From the human T2T-CHM13v2.0 reference genome, Homo sapiens, in the NCBI RefSeq assembly GCF_009914755.1, contig NC_060934.1: a stretch of 64,000 nt of DNA; one strand, given 5' to 3'. The translations under genes and the position numbers were made by a program. Positions 46,164-60,119 of the stretch are shown in pieces; the stretch's first letter is position 1, and the number at the start of each line of letters is the position of its first letter. The notes beneath the pieces were generated by a model, which worked only from the letters and a program-made list of their open reading frames with translations, made no database searches and was not told the origin of the DNA.

Positions 46164-47354
46164 AAGAGTGCATATTCATTATGTGTCTCCTCTACGCGAG
46201 GTCTTTGTATATCCTCTTCCAGTTAATATTCAGAGAGGCCTAATAAATAGTCCCCATCCTTGTTCTAGAGGGGAAGAGAGAAACTCAGAGATTGCCATGG
46301 CACATGGTGCTTGTGGTGAGCCGGGGTTGAGTTAGACTTTAGCTATGTCCTCACAGCCTAATGACGCAGGCAATTTGGTCCTCTATTTACTTATTAGGAA
46401 ACTGAGGATAAAAGACTTTTAGCAAGATGGCCAAGTTCATGACTTATTAAGTGACAGAGCCACGAATTTAACTGAAGTCTGTTGCCTGTAATACTCATCT
46501 TTGTTCCCCAGACTCTGTTGCCCTTACATTGAAGGAATAAGGACCCCCCCGCCCTCCCATCTTCTCTACCCAGGGGTCTTCTCCTCAGGTGTCTATTGCA
46601 TATCTGTTATTTACAGGGCATGTCCCATGTGGGCATGCAGGAGGGGAAGGGCAGCAGGTAGAAACACATAAGGATATACTTGATTTTGAGCTGACTTTCC
46701 TAACGTCCCTAATTGGATAAATAAAGCTAACACAAAGGGAACACACAGATAATGTTCAATGACAAACACGGACAACATCAACAATGTAATAATAATAATT
46801 GTGATGATGATGATAATAGCTAACATTTATTGAATGCATACTATTTTAAGGATTTTCCAAAAGTTGTTTCTTTTTTTTTTTAATTTGATCACATATCCCA
46901 TAAAGAAGAGTGTGTGATGGCGACGGCACCCTTACACACTTGGCAGGAAGGACATGGCTGAGGGTGCCACAGTCATAAACACAGAAACACAGAGATATAT
47001 GTTCTCCTTATTGATTTTGTAATAATATTGGTGGCAATCTTAGCTATGAATTGAGTGAACAGGTATTATGGGAAAGGAAGGGGGTGAGATGGATCAACCA
47101 GGCCAACTCCCAGGGGGCCATGTTGGCAAATTTTCCTGCCTCATGCCTTGCCTTGGTGACGTACAAATTTTAGGCATTTTAAAGAAATACCCCAAACTGT
47201 CAGCCCTGTGCAGAGGGAGCATGGTTCACTCCCTAGATAGTCAATTTGGGTGATAGGGGGTGGCCAGCTGCTTGCTTGGGTCTCAGGGGAGAGGCCCTGA
47301 TCTTTCTGGTCCTTCTCCCCCAATCCTAACCTCAGCCCAGACATCAGGTCATTT

Positions 47355-47900
47355 CTACACACTGCATTAGGCTTCTCTAACCAATAAGGAACATTTACCC
47401 TTAAACATGGTCACCATGTCATTATCACAACTAAAAAAAGAATAATAATTCCATAGGGCTTTTCAATACCCAGTCCATATTCTAATTTTCCCAGTTGTCT
47501 CAAAAATATCTTTTTGTATCCAGTTCGTTTGATTCAATGTCCAAACACAGCCCATACCTTTTATTGCGTTGCTGTATCCCTTTGATCTTTTTTAGTCTTT
47601 AATCATCTCCCTCCCCTTCTCCTTTTTCATCTTCTCTTTGTCTCTTATGCTCTCTGTTTCTCTCTCTGTCTCTCTCTCTCTATTATGCATTGATATTTTT
47701 GAGGAATTGAATGAGTTATCCTGGGCAATGACCCACATTCTGCTTTGGCTGGTTGCCTCCTTGCCATGCCATCTAACTTGTTCCTCTATCCTCTGTACTT
47801 TCTATAATCTGGTGTCAGATCAATAACTTGTTTGAATTCAAATTCATTTTTTTTTGTATATGGTGCTGTATACTTCCTATTGCATTACCTCCTGAGATGC
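47355..47900 (-). mobile_element. Old L1 (L1MC/ME) 3'UTR fragment
   Basis: aataaggaacatt...cattatcacaactaa...cccagtccatattctaattttcccagttgtctcaaaaat...tgtatacttcctattgcattac. Confidence 0.6.
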
Positions 47901-47916
47901 ATAATTAATATCTGAT

Positions 47917-48115
47917 CATGGTAACTCTGTGAGGTGATGGGTGTGTTAATTAATTTGATTGTGCTAATCATTACATTTTATGTATATATACTTATATATA
48001 ATGTATATATACATACACAAGCATATGTCGAATTATTACATTGTACACCTTAAACACTATATACAGTTTTATTGGTTAATTATATCTCAATATAGCCGGG
48101 AAATTTTTGAAAATA
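47917..48115 (+). mobile_element. L1MA/MB 3' terminus
   Basis: ggtaactctgtgaggtgatgggtgtgttaattaatttgattgtg...cattgtacaccttaaac...tatatctcaata. Confidence 0.75.
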
Positions 48116-48116
48116 A

Positions 48117-49313
48117 AAACAAAAACAATCCCATCAAAAAGTGGACTAAGGACATGTATAGACAATTCTCAAAAAAGATATACAAATGGCCAACATATGA
48201 AAAAAATGCTCAACATCACTAATTATCAAGGAAATGCAAATCAAAATCGCATACACACACACACACCACACACACACACACACCACACACACACATACGC
48301 ACACCATAGAATACTACTTAACTATAAAAAGGAATGAAATAATGGCATTTGCAGCAACCTGGATGGAATTGGAGACCATTATTCTAAGTGAAGTAACTCA
48401 GGAATGGAAAACCAAACATCATATGTTCTCATTCACCACCTTACTCCCGCAAGAAGGGCCATAATAATAAATATACGTAATATATATATTTGTGTATATA
48501 TATGTTATATATAATATATAAATGTTATATATTATATATATGTTATATTTATATATGTTGGCATGGATGTGGTGAAAAGGGAACACTTTTACATTGTTGG
48601 TGATAATGTAAACTAGTACAACCACTATGGAAAACTGTGGAGATTCCTTAAAGAACTAAAAGTAGATCTACCATTTGATCCAGCAATCCCACTCCTGGGT
48701 ATCTACCCAGAGGAAAATAACTCATTATATGAAAATGATACTTGAACATGCATGTTTATGGCAGCATAACTTGCAATTGCATAATATGGAACCAGCCCAA
48801 ATGCCCATTAATCAATGAGTGGATAAAGAAAATGTGAGATAGATAGATAGATAGATAGATAGATACACATATATATGTGTGTATATATATATACATATAT
48901 ATATACGCACACACACACATACACACATACATATACACACACCCCATGGAATACTACTTAGCCATAAAAAGGAATGAAATAATGGCATTTGCAGCAACCT
49001 GGATGGAACTGGAGACCATTATTCTAAATGAAGTAACTCAGGAATGGAAAACCAAACATCATATGTTATCACTCATAAATGGGAGCTAAGTTATGAGAAT
49101 GCAAAGGTATAAGAATGATATAATGGACTTTGGGGTCTTGGGGGAAAGGTGGGTGGGTGGTGAGGGATAAAAGACTACAAATTAGGTACAGTGTACACTT
49201 TGCAGGTGATGGGTGCACCAAAATCTCAGAAATCACGACTAAAGACCTTATTCATGTAACCAAACACCACCTGTTCCCCCAAATCCTATTGAAATAAAAA
49301 ATTAAAAATAAAA
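48117..49313 (+). mobile_element. L1PB1-like 3' end with an internal duplication and embedded microsatellites
   Basis: gaagtaactcaggaatggaaaaccaaacatc...gggtgcaccaaaatctcagaaatcac...aataaa tail; internal (CA)n, (TA)n, (GATA)n. Confidence 0.88.
48838..48941. repeat. Compound (GATA)n-(TA)n-(CA)n microsatellite within L1PB1
   Basis: Directly visible. Confidence 0.9.
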
Positions 49314-49854
49314 CTGTATCTTATCAGTAGGTTCAGATGGTTCTTCCACTGAAAGAATCAGCTGGAGTCTTCCATTGTAAGGTTCCCAACCAACCTTTTA
49401 CCTAATGTTTGAGCATCTTTTGATGATGGTGACCTAAGTCCATTATTTCATTACAGGTGGGAGAATAATTTTCTAATTTTATCATCCCTTTGTATTTATT
49501 ACCTGGAATTCTGCCATGAAGGATTTTCTTCCATATAGTAATTGCTTGAAATCTTTTTTTTCTCACAGCAGATAACTTGGTTTGAAACATAGTTTCTGTG
49601 GGCATTGACTGTATGAAATGGGAATATGAAGTGGTTCCAGATGCAGCGGAAGTGGGAGGCTGAGGGTCCCCTGCAGGCACAGGATTCCCTTCATCCTCTG
49701 TACCTGTAGCAGAGGAGCCCTTGGGCTCCAGCAGTACAATTGGGGAGTGCCCTGGTGAATAACACTGCCTGACCCCCATCCTCACCAGGCTTACAATGTG
49801 GGGTCCTGGAGACTGAAGGGTATGCCTGTAGTACAGAGAGGGTAGCCACTCACC

Positions 49855-50030
49855 AGCTTCATGACTTTGGGGCTGTTGGCCACAGTCAACATTGCTTCCT
49901 TATCTGTAAAGTGAGAATAAGAGTACTAACCTCACAGGATGGTTGTGAAGATTCATTATGCTAATGCCTATAAAATACTTGGCATAGTTTTGGCTGTATA
50001 ACAGTGCTTAATAAATGCTGGCTTGATTAT
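49855..50030 (+). mobile_element. MIR
   Basis: ccttatctgtaaagtgagaataagagtactaacctcacaggatggttgtgaagattca...gtgcttaataaatgctggc. Confidence 0.8.
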
Positions 50031-50044
50031 TCTTATTGTAATAA

Positions 50045-50330
50045 TTTTTTTTTAAGAGACAGAGTATTGTTATGTTGCCCAGGCTGTAGTGCAGTGGCTA
50101 TTCACAGGTGAGATCCCACTGCTGATCAGCACAGGAGTTTTGACCTGCTCCATTTCTGACCTGGGCTGGATCACTCCTCCTTAGTCAACCTGGTGGTTCC
50201 CTGCTCCTGGGAGGTCACCATATTGATGCTGAACTTAGTGTGGACACCCAATCAGCATAGCTCACTACAGCCCAGAACTCCTGGACTCAAGTGATCTTCT
50301 CACCTCAGCCTCCTGAGTCACCAGGACTAC
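50045..50330 (-). pseudogene. 7SL (SRP RNA) retropseudogene, lacking ~23 nt at the 5' end
   Basis: Minus strand contains the 7SL S domain absent from Alu (cactaagttcagcatcaatatggtgacctccc...gagcaggtcaaaactcctgtgctgatcag...ctgtgaatagccactgcac) plus a short A tail. Confidence 0.95.
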
Positions 50331-50337
50331 TGACTAT

Positions 50338-50819
50338 TGCATTGGTTTGTTAGGATTGCCATAACAAAGTATCACAACGTGGGTGGCTTAAGAACAACAG
50401 AAATTTATTCTCTCATAGTTCTGGAAGCCAGAAATGGGAAATAAAGGTGCCAGTGGGCCCAGGCTCCTCCAAAGACTCTGGGTAGAATCCTCTCTTGCCT
50501 CTTCCCCACTTCTGGTGGTAGCTGGCAATCCCTGGTGTGCTATCACTTATAGATGCATCGTGCCAATATCTGCTTTTGTCACCACATGCCCATCTTTTCC
50601 TTCTGTCTCTTCACATGGTGTTCTCCTCTCTACATGTTCACATTGTCCTCTTAGAAAGATACCAGCCATATTGAGTTAAGGGCCAACCCTACTCCAGCAT
50701 GACCTCATCTTAACTCATTACATCTGCAATGACTTTATTTCCAAATAAGCTGACATTCTGAGGTACTGGGGTTTAGGACTCAACATATCTTTCTGGGGGA
50801 TACAACTCAACCCATAACA
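50338..50819 (-). mobile_element. MLT1C MaLR solo LTR
   Basis: gccataacaaagtatcac...aacaacagaaatttattctctcatagttctgga...ctcatcttaactcattacatctgcaatgac...caacccataaca. Confidence 0.88.
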
Positions 50820-51189
50820 ATTGTGTAACCATACAACACCGAGTTGTCCTACATCTTGACATATAGAAGGGTTCCTTGTACTTTATTGTTATGCCACATT
50901 TCTTGCATTTTACTGTTTTCCTACTGGTTTTCTCTCAGATATGAGATGCTATGTAGTGCAGAGTGAGGATAAGATGAGCAGCTCTTCCACGTTTAGACCC
51001 AGAGCAGACACTTGAATAAGTCGTTCTCCACCTCCAAAGACAGGATAGGAGCAGGAAACATCAGCCAGAACATCTCGTATAAACAGCAGAAGCAGTACAG
51101 CCTTAGAGAACCCATCCACACCTCAGAACTTCCCAGCCAAGCTCATGCTGGCAGGCACCCAGTGATTCTCCCATCCGTATCACGACAAG

Positions 51190-51580
51190 CCTCGGAGTGA
51201 ACTGTTTATTTATCAATTCTTAATTGAGTTGATGTTTACTCATGATTGCCAGTGGATGAGTAATTTACTACAGAGTTCGAGGAGTCAGATAGTGAAGAGA
51301 TCATTATAAAGAGAAATTATAATAGAGTTCCCTGTACTCATGGGTCTGGTAATAAAAGATTGATATAATTAGATGGGGCTTGGTAACAAGTACTATTACA
51401 TTATGTCTGAATCTTATTTAAATATATTGGCCTTTTATCTTAAACTTATTAGTGGGTGGCTGTAGCTTACGTCGACACCAGCTAGCTCTTTTACTCTTGC
51501 AAAAGGAGGGCTGAGCTATACAAAGGAGTCAATCATTTGATGTTTAGAAGCAATGGCACGGTATTTAAGGCAGTTCTCCC
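51190..51580. promoter_or_regulatory. Candidate enhancer
   Basis: FOX TGTTTAT/TGTTTAC, TAATTG/TAATTA, GTCAATCA in unique sequence. Confidence 0.35.
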
Positions 51581-51823
51581 TGTTGATTTTTAGAGGAAGA
51601 GCAAGGTATAAGGGGAACTTAAGCTTCCACTTGGTCACAAACTTTCTGGATAACAAATTCAGGGGCTGTGTTTCTCTGTACTGTGGCTGTGGCTACCTTG
51701 GAACCTTTAACTTGGCCAAAGTCATCCTTGAGAAAGCAGATAAAGGAAAGGGCAGGAAATAATCTGACAACGTAGTGAGAAAATGAGCTGTGGAGTAAGA
51801 CAGGCCTGAGATGAAAACTTTGC

Positions 51824-52150
51824 CATAGTGGGTTGAGTGGTAGCCCCCCCAAAAGATATCGCTCCATCCTATCCCTGGGACCTGTGAATGTGACCTTCAG
51901 TGGAAAATGAGTTGTTGAAGATGTAGCTAAGGATCTCAAGAAAAGATCATCCTGGATAATCCAGGGGGGCTATAAATCGAATGACAAGTGTCCTTGGAAT
52001 AGACACCCAGAGGAGAGATTAATGGAGAAGAGATATGAAGATGGAGGTAGAGGCTGGACTTATGTAGAGCTATTAGGGAATAGATTTCTGTTGTTTTAAG
52101 CCACCAAGTTTATGGTAGTTTGGTGCAAGATCCCTGGGAAACAAATATAC
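51824..52150 (+). mobile_element. MLT1C/D LTR, internally deleted
   Basis: ccccccaaaagatat...cctgtgaatgtgacctt...gatcatcctgga...atttctgttgttttaagccaccaagtttatggt. Confidence 0.8.
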
Positions 52151-52169
52151 CAGTTTTATAATAAATTGC

Positions 52170-52325
52170 TTATATGACTTTGGGCTAGACTCTTAATCTT
52201 TACAAACCTCAGTTTTCTCATCTGTAAAAGTTGGGTTATTACACTTGTCTCTCAGTATCGTGAGGACCGTGAAAGCTCACCCAACTCAGTGCCTGGTACA
52301 TGACAGGCATTCAGTACACATCAGA
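52170..52325 (+). mobile_element. MIR
   Basis: tgactttgggc...cctcagttttctcatctgtaaaa...cagtgcctggtacat. Confidence 0.75.
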
Positions 52326-52919
52326 TTCCTTCTCCCATCACCTCCTACCCATTTTCCTACATGATGTTTCAACTTGAAATCTTTTTCATCTTCTACGCCT
52401 CCTAAAATGTCTGCAAAACTAACAGCCCTCCCCTGAAGAATGTTCCATTCTTCAGGAGCTGTTCTTAGGACTGTCAAATTAGAGGAGAAAGCATGGTACA
52501 GCTGGTGTTTTTGCGGCAGTTGGGTGAGAGCCATGTAGATATTAAAAGTTTTTCAAATGCAGTTCATTGAATGCAGCCCTATAGAGAAGCAGCTGAAGTC
52601 CACATTGTAGCTGCAGTGTGGCTGGCCAGCTGGGGTCTGTTTCCTTCACACAAGGAGGTCTCAGGGTACATTCCCAGCCATGGAGAAGAGACAACACATG
52701 GGAGGGGAGTGCGTATAATACTCTGGGCTGCAGAAAGAAGCCAATGTAAATGGCTTTTTGCTTGATGTCTTTAGTTCATTGATTTTAGGCCTAGAAAGTC
52801 GTGATTGATTACATCCCACCAAATGCAGGCTGGGGAAGTCAGTGTGGGAATTTAGAGCATGGCTGATTTAATAAATGTTTTCAGAACCATGTATTCTTCT
52901 GAGGCATGAGAACGATGAG

Positions 52920-53050
52920 AAAAAGAACACTGGTCAAGAGCTAGCAGAGCTAGGGTCTGGCTTCATTTCTGTCCTTGATTAGCTGTGTGACTTTGAGCCA
53001 GTCATTTAACTTCTCTGAGGCTTCAACTTCACAGTGAGGTTGTTGGAGCC
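52920..53050 (+). mobile_element. MIR
   Basis: ttagctgtgtgactttgagccagtcatttaacttctctgagg. Confidence 0.7.
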
Positions 53051-53564
53051 GTACATCTCAGTACTAGCATTCAATGGTTCCATGAAAATTCACAGTGATC
53101 CCCATGAGGTCAGTGTCCACCCATGTAGCACATGTATTTTGTTTGGCATGCTTGCTGGGGAGAGGAGAATCACAGGAAGGCAACAAGGGAAGAAAATTTT
53201 AAAAAATATTGGATGTTCTCTTATATATATCATCCAGGGCTTCATCCGTCATCCAGGGGAGAACTAGAGATGTTTTAAAGACTTGAGACCTCCACTGCCT
53301 GGTCCTATTGAGGATCCTGTGTTAATGACAGTTTTGCCATCTCTAAATGGCATTGAAAATCCAGTGCCTGGGAATAAGTAGGCAGGGGAGTGCCTGGGGA
53401 CATGGCCCTGTTATAAGGTAGTGGTGTTTGTTTTTGGGACATTAGCCCTCTTCCCATTGTCTGTTATGTTGAGGTCAGCTTCCATGTACATTTCCCTATG
53501 TCTCTGAGCACATTCTGATCAATTCATTGATGGTGAGAGGGAAGGAAAGGGAAGGAAATAGACA

Positions 53565-53745
53565 TTTTTAAATGCCTATGATGAGCTCCCTACTGGGAAG
53601 GATCTGTATTCACAGCCATCTTATGGGGCAATCACTTTACCCACATTTTATACATTATAAACCTGAGGCTTGGAGGTGTTAGGTAAGTTGGATAAAGTCA
53701 CTAAATTATTAAGAAGCAGAGCCAGGAATTGAACACATGTCTGTG
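53565..53745 (-). mobile_element. MIR
   Basis: cccacattttatac...aaacctgaggcttggaggtgttaggtaagttg...gcagagccaggaattgaacac. Confidence 0.7.
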
Positions 53746-53999
53746 TGAGGGCCTGTGTTTTATTTGCCTTGGCATCCTGCCCTTATACTATGACAGCTCT
53801 GGGCATGCATTGTATACAATACACCAGACTGATGGAAAGTAGCAGTGGAGGAGGGGAGGATGGGGATAAAGACAACTATGTATCATTCTTATTCTTGAAC
53901 ATATTATCTAATTAGACAAATAAAACTAACATAAAGGGAATACCTATGACAAGTTAACAATTTTATCAACAATATAAAAATTAGAGATACGATACTAGC

Positions 54000-54190
54000 A
54001 GCTAACATGTATTACACGGTATATGCCACATACTAAAGACTCTACAATTGTTTTCTCAATTGTCACCATGATCCCATGTCCATATTTCATTGACGAGGAA
54101 GCTGAGACATAAGAGAGTTGGAAACTCTACCAAAGTTCACAGCCTTTGGGCTTCCAGCAGTGAGCCAGGATTCCAATCCAGCCCAACTGG
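54000..54190 (-). mobile_element. MIR
   Basis: gacgaggaagctgagacataagagagttgg...caaagttcacagc...gagccaggattccaatcca. Confidence 0.7.
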
Positions 54191-54929
54191 TTCCACGCGG
54201 TACTACTGCTGGTGTTATTTGTCATCAAATAAGGGAACCCAAGGCCCACTGTAGGCTCATTAGGAGGGGTGAGTTTGGTCTGAAATGGTCCTGGCGGACT
54301 GAAGGGAGGAAATGAAACTCAAAAAGCCTGTATGGAAATAGCCTTGTGGTCATATCAGAGATCAGGTTTCTAACGCAGGTTCTTACCACCTCATGGTAGG
54401 ACCTTGCAGTAGTTGCAGGGCTTTTCCCACACCTCCTCTCATGTCTCATGGCTAACAACCTGTTTTCTTCTGCATTCTAATCTCCTGAGAATTCTCTCTA
54501 AAATGGAGGGGTCATTAGAAGGCAGATATTTCTGGAGCATGTCTTCCCTGGGGCAAGCAAGTGCTTGGAACCAGGGGTGCAGGGAAAGCCTACGAATCCA
54601 CACCTGACTGTGGGACAGTAATAGGGTCTGAGAGTGTTAGGTCCTGCAACCTTTCTTGAAGCACAGATAGGAGTGAGTACAGCAGAATTACGGCCCTGGA
54701 TTAGTCCAACTGGCATTGCTCATGTAAAAGCAAGAGCTTTGTCAACTGCAATCCCACTTTAAAGGGTGTGTGGGATTGAAACAAGATGGCTTGAAGGAAG
54801 AGACCAGTGCCTGTGCTCTGTCTTTGCATTGCACACAAGTGTCCCTTGTCCTGAAAGACCAGGTGGACTGGATAACTGCATAACAAAGATGGGTGCTGCT
54901 AAGGGATGAGGGGATACAAAAGGGGAGAG

Positions 54930-55105
54930 GCTACAAATGGCAGAGCCAGGTCAGGTCTTGGAGAGTAACTAGTCACAGATTGCAGTCAGATCCTGGGCTA
55001 ACATATTTTAAGTGAAAACGATGGATTTAAATGCCATTAACAGAGCATGTATTCTCCAGGTTCTTTTATACCAGCCAGCTTCACTCATTCCAGTGACGAT
55101 CTTGT
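54930..55105. mobile_element. MER102-like hAT element fragment
   Basis: ctacaaatggc...ttccaggttc..ataccagccagcttcactcatt resembles MER102. Confidence 0.4.
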
Positions 55106-55601
55106 CTTACCTCCTCTGTCCCTCACTCCTTCACTCTTGCCCCAGCTATCCCAGAATAGCTTAACTACCCAGAGTTGCATATCAAGAAATTGTGAGTTGA
55201 AGAGAATAAAGTGACTTAAATAGATGACTGTTTATGGGGTTAAAATACAAAACTACATTTTCTGATTTCTAGTTTGATATTTCTCCACAATGCTGTACTG
55301 AAAGCTGGATTTTTCTGTCTTTAAGGCATGGAGAAAAGTGAGGGAGTCTTGGGGTTTCTCAGAATTTAAGGCAACATCCTTAACATTGGGCGAGGTAGTC
55401 TGGCTATTAACCATGAAACCCTATGGAGTGAGCTTAGTTGAAGGGGACTGAGCAAGCCATTTCAGAGCCCAGGGCCTCTGTGACAACCAAACACATTTGC
55501 TATTTGGAAAATAATTATAGATCCTTTTGAGAGATTCAGCTGCGGATAAAACTGGAATACTCTGGCTAGAAAAGTACTTGCTATGAAATCCATTCACCTA
55601 G

Positions 55602-55870
55602 TGTGATAGATTGTTAAAAATGGCCACTTTTATTCTATCCCTGTATGCATGAATCCCCCCTGCCTCCCGCAACCCAACCCAGCAAGGTGTCTGTAATATT
55701 CCTCCTATCAAGAGTAGAGTTTCTCTACCCACCTCTTGAATGGGGGCTTGACCTTGTGACTTGTTCTGGTCAGTAGGGCGTTAGCAAACATGATGTATCA
55801 GAGGCTTAGAAAGCATTTGCATGTGGGGTCCTACCCTCTTCTTGACACCCTAAGACTGCCATGTAAAGAG
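55602..55870 (+). mobile_element. MLT1G/H-like MaLR LTR 5' part
   Basis: tgtgatagattg...aaaatggccac...ctcctatcaagag...cttgaatgggggcttgaccttgtgacttgttctggtcagtag. Confidence 0.7.
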
Positions 55871-56137
55871 ATTGGAGTGCCTTCCGGAGGTTGAGAATAT
55901 TTGGAGCAGACAAAAGTCATCCCAGCAGAGACTCCCTGGACCAACAGTGAAGGTACCTGCATTTTTGCTAAAAAGTCCAAGTGGAAGGGTATTGTTATAT
56001 GCAGTCCTATCATGTTTTCTCAAATAATGGGGAAAGGACACAGGTGTCCATATATGCTCGTGAATCCAGCCGTCTTCATTGGAAAACGTGTGGCCTGCAG
56101 AGATTCAGTGGAATGATCTTACCCCAATAGTCCAGGA

Positions 56138-56357
56138 CAGTGGCTCTCAATTGGGAGCTATTTTGACTCCCAAGAGTCATTTAATAATGTCTGGATACAT
56201 TTTTAATTTTTGTACCCCCAGGGCAGGAGTATGCTACTGGCATGTAGTAGATATAGGCTAGGGATGCTGCCGAACATCCTACCATGCACAGGACAGTCCC
56301 CACAACCAAGAATGATCAAGTCTGAAATATTGATAGTGTTGAGGTTGAGATACCCTG
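56138..56357 (+). mobile_element. MER20, full length
   Basis: cagtggctctcaa...tgctactggcat...gggatgctgccgaacatcctac...gaggttgagataccctg. Confidence 0.9.
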
Positions 56358-57802
56358 ATCTGGGCAATTGTTGACTTCATGTCAGGTTTTACAGAGTTCC
56401 TTAACATATCTAGGCAATACTTCACCAGACTCCAACCCTAGCCTCATCTTCTTCAAGAGCAAGTTCTCTCTTTGGGAGTCTCTGAAGAGTCCGTCAAAAA
56501 CATTTCTTAACATCCTAAGACATGCCTCTTTAGGGTTGGATAAAGATGATTTTCTAATTTTAAAATGCCTTCCTAGCCCCAGATTTTGTGCTTATATTGC
56601 AGAGAAGTAGATTGAATACCGGAGGGAAGGACATGGATCAAGGTGGAAAGTCAGACGTAAGCAGAGCTACATTTGCAGAAAGTATGAGTTCAGTTTAGTT
56701 TTTGCTTATGGACCACAAAGATGGCCCTCACCTCTAAACCTTGAAGAATTCCAGAATTTTTCTGGGAGAGGAACATCTCTATCACATCTGCCACAGCGGA
56801 AGGCTTTGTGCAGGATAACATATCATTGGCTTGAGAACAGAGTGAGCATGTGTGGAAGGGCCTGTAATTATTAATATGACATTGGCCATAATTTATCATG
56901 TCATACCACCCACTTACAGCAGCCTCATCCTATGAAATGCTAAATGCCTTTCTTATCAACACTTGATGGGAAAATGCTGTTCTGGCATCTTCCTCTAAGG
57001 GAAACAGAAATCTAACCATGTTTCTTACAGCCTAGAACTCTGTACACAAAGATCAGACTTGTTTTTCTCCCTGAAAATTTATAGGTATTTACAAGGACTC
57101 ATATCCTGTTTGCTATTTAGAGGGGCAATGGAGTGAGAAAGAATTATGTAGCAAGTTTCTTTTTCTTGAGATTTGCTCAAGCTGCTCTATGACTTAAAAA
57201 AACTCAGATATTACTCCCCATTTTTATGGGCAGCTTGCTGTTTTCTATTCTTGCTTTCCTCACCGACTTTCTTGGCAAAGCTATGCTTGAGTACTCCTAG
57301 CGGGTGGCTAGATTCTCAGTGAGATGCTTCTGTCATAAAATACCCTAGAAAAGGAGGTTCAATTCATGATCCAGGGTGAAGTCCTTGTGTTTTAGTCCTA
57401 TTAAATTAAAGAACCAACTTTTGCTGAGTGTTCCAAGACTGGATTCTTTCTTCCCTGTTGTCGTCAGCTCTCAGTAGGTGCAGACCTTCTGCAGAACTCC
57501 GATGGCACCCATGAAGGAAGAGGAATCCACTCTTATGGTATCAGAGCTTTATGAACCCTTTCTTAATATTAGAATGGAATCCTACAGCCAAGAGAAAACT
57601 GTGTCTCACATTCAAAGAGGCAGACATTGGAAGGAAAATATTCACCTTCTGACAAGTTTTAAAGAAATAGAAAATATTGCTTCTTTTTAAATATTTGCCT
57701 GGGTTTGATCACTTAATATTTTTTAATAGGTCACAATACTGCATTTCCAGGTAGATCGACTAAAATGCTTGGAGAATGGTTCTGTTTAATTTATTTGCCT
57801 AG

Positions 57803-58174
<372 letters not shown>

Positions 58175-59259
58175 TGACTAAGGTTCTCATTGCTGAGTTA
58201 TCATTCTTCAGCTGGAGAAGGGGAGAGGGAAGGTGCACTGATTCCCAAAGATCCCCTGGCATATTGTGAAGCAAGATTGAAAGATGTATCCTGGAAAAAA
58301 TTCATTAGTTTGACTCTCTTTTTAACTGCATTCCTATAAATTGAGACTCTACTCATTTAAGGTGGTTATGAGAATTGAGTGGATATAATGGGATACAGAG
58401 GGTGGCACATTGCAAGCTTTGATGATAAATTATGGATGTTATGATATGTATGTACTTTCATTTGTAAGTAATGATTTTTATAAAATATTATGATACATTT
58501 CTAGGCTGACCTTGAAGGAGAATACTAACATAACTTTGGAAAACCAAAAAATGAAAAAAGGGTATCCGTTTCTCATCATGAATAGGTTTCAAATCTCGTA
58601 TTTGGAGCATTTCAATTTAAGTTTGAAGAAGCAGGACTGAGGTCACATTTTTCTCCATTGGACATTCTTTCTGATGAATAAGTATTAAAACTGCTTTGAA
58701 TTTGGTTTCCCCCTTAGATAAGAAATTATTTTTTCCATACAGTCTTTTCTTTGCACCTGAAGGAGCATTGAGGGTGAAAAATAGAGGCCTGTTTCCTGTT
58801 CCTAACTGGAGCCCTCCAAGGTTGTCAAACTAGAGCAACAACTTTGTGGGATTTATGCCTGGGACCTGTCAAAGTAGAATTATCATAGCAAACCCTCTCT
58901 GCTATCAATCAGAGGGGTATTGGGGATGGCAAGGGCAGGCATTTTTCAAATTTCTTTACTGTGCATATTTAGTCTTGTGCCTGGGGGAGGAAGAGCTCCT
59001 TTGAACAGTTCTTGTAGATTTCTTTTCCATCAGATGGCAGCTCACAAAACTACTTAATCTTCCCCAAAGGGCTTCTCTCATTGGCCTGCTGAGAAAAACA
59101 GCCAAGGAAGAGAGAGTGGGGGAAGACAGGGACAATCCAACAGCAAATCCTAGAAAATAACGCATTGCTTTCAGAGGACGTATGGTCTAAGTCTGGTCAC
59201 ACTGATATCATGACTTAGAAAAGCACACTGTCCATTGAAGGTTATCTCCCGTCGCTTCT

Positions 59260-59568
<309 letters not shown>

Positions 59569-60119
59569 CTCCCGTCGCTTCTAAGTATCATGTGGACATT
59601 TAGCAACAGCACAAAGCTGACAGTGCTATCATAGCGGTGTGAGTATTCTTCTGTCCTCCAGAGCCATTTCCCACATTTGTCAAGACAAAGGTTGAAGGGG
59701 ACCGGACAAGGGAAATGGGTCACCCATTCATTCCCATCTGTCAGAGGTTTGCTTTGTCATGATAACATTCAAGGAGCATGTTTATCTATCCCGCTACTGG
59801 AGGTTAAGGCAAGGGTAACAAGAAGAGAAGAAACCCTGTTTGAAAAGTTTACAAATCCTGCCGTGAGGGCTGTAAACAGAGTCCAGCCGGTGGTGGAGCG
59901 TGTTAAATACTGCCACATTGATAGGGACCTGGTTCCCCGGCACTAGAAATCCACTCATGTAAACAGAGGAACTGTTGCTGTGAATCGGGTCTGTTTTGAC
60001 TTAAAGTCTAAGAAACACATTGCCTTCAAAGTGAATTCTTAGGTGTCACTTCCCATAAGTTATGGCAGAAGATTACAAAGCTACTGATATAACATATTAG
60101 TTTGATGGACAGAATTATA

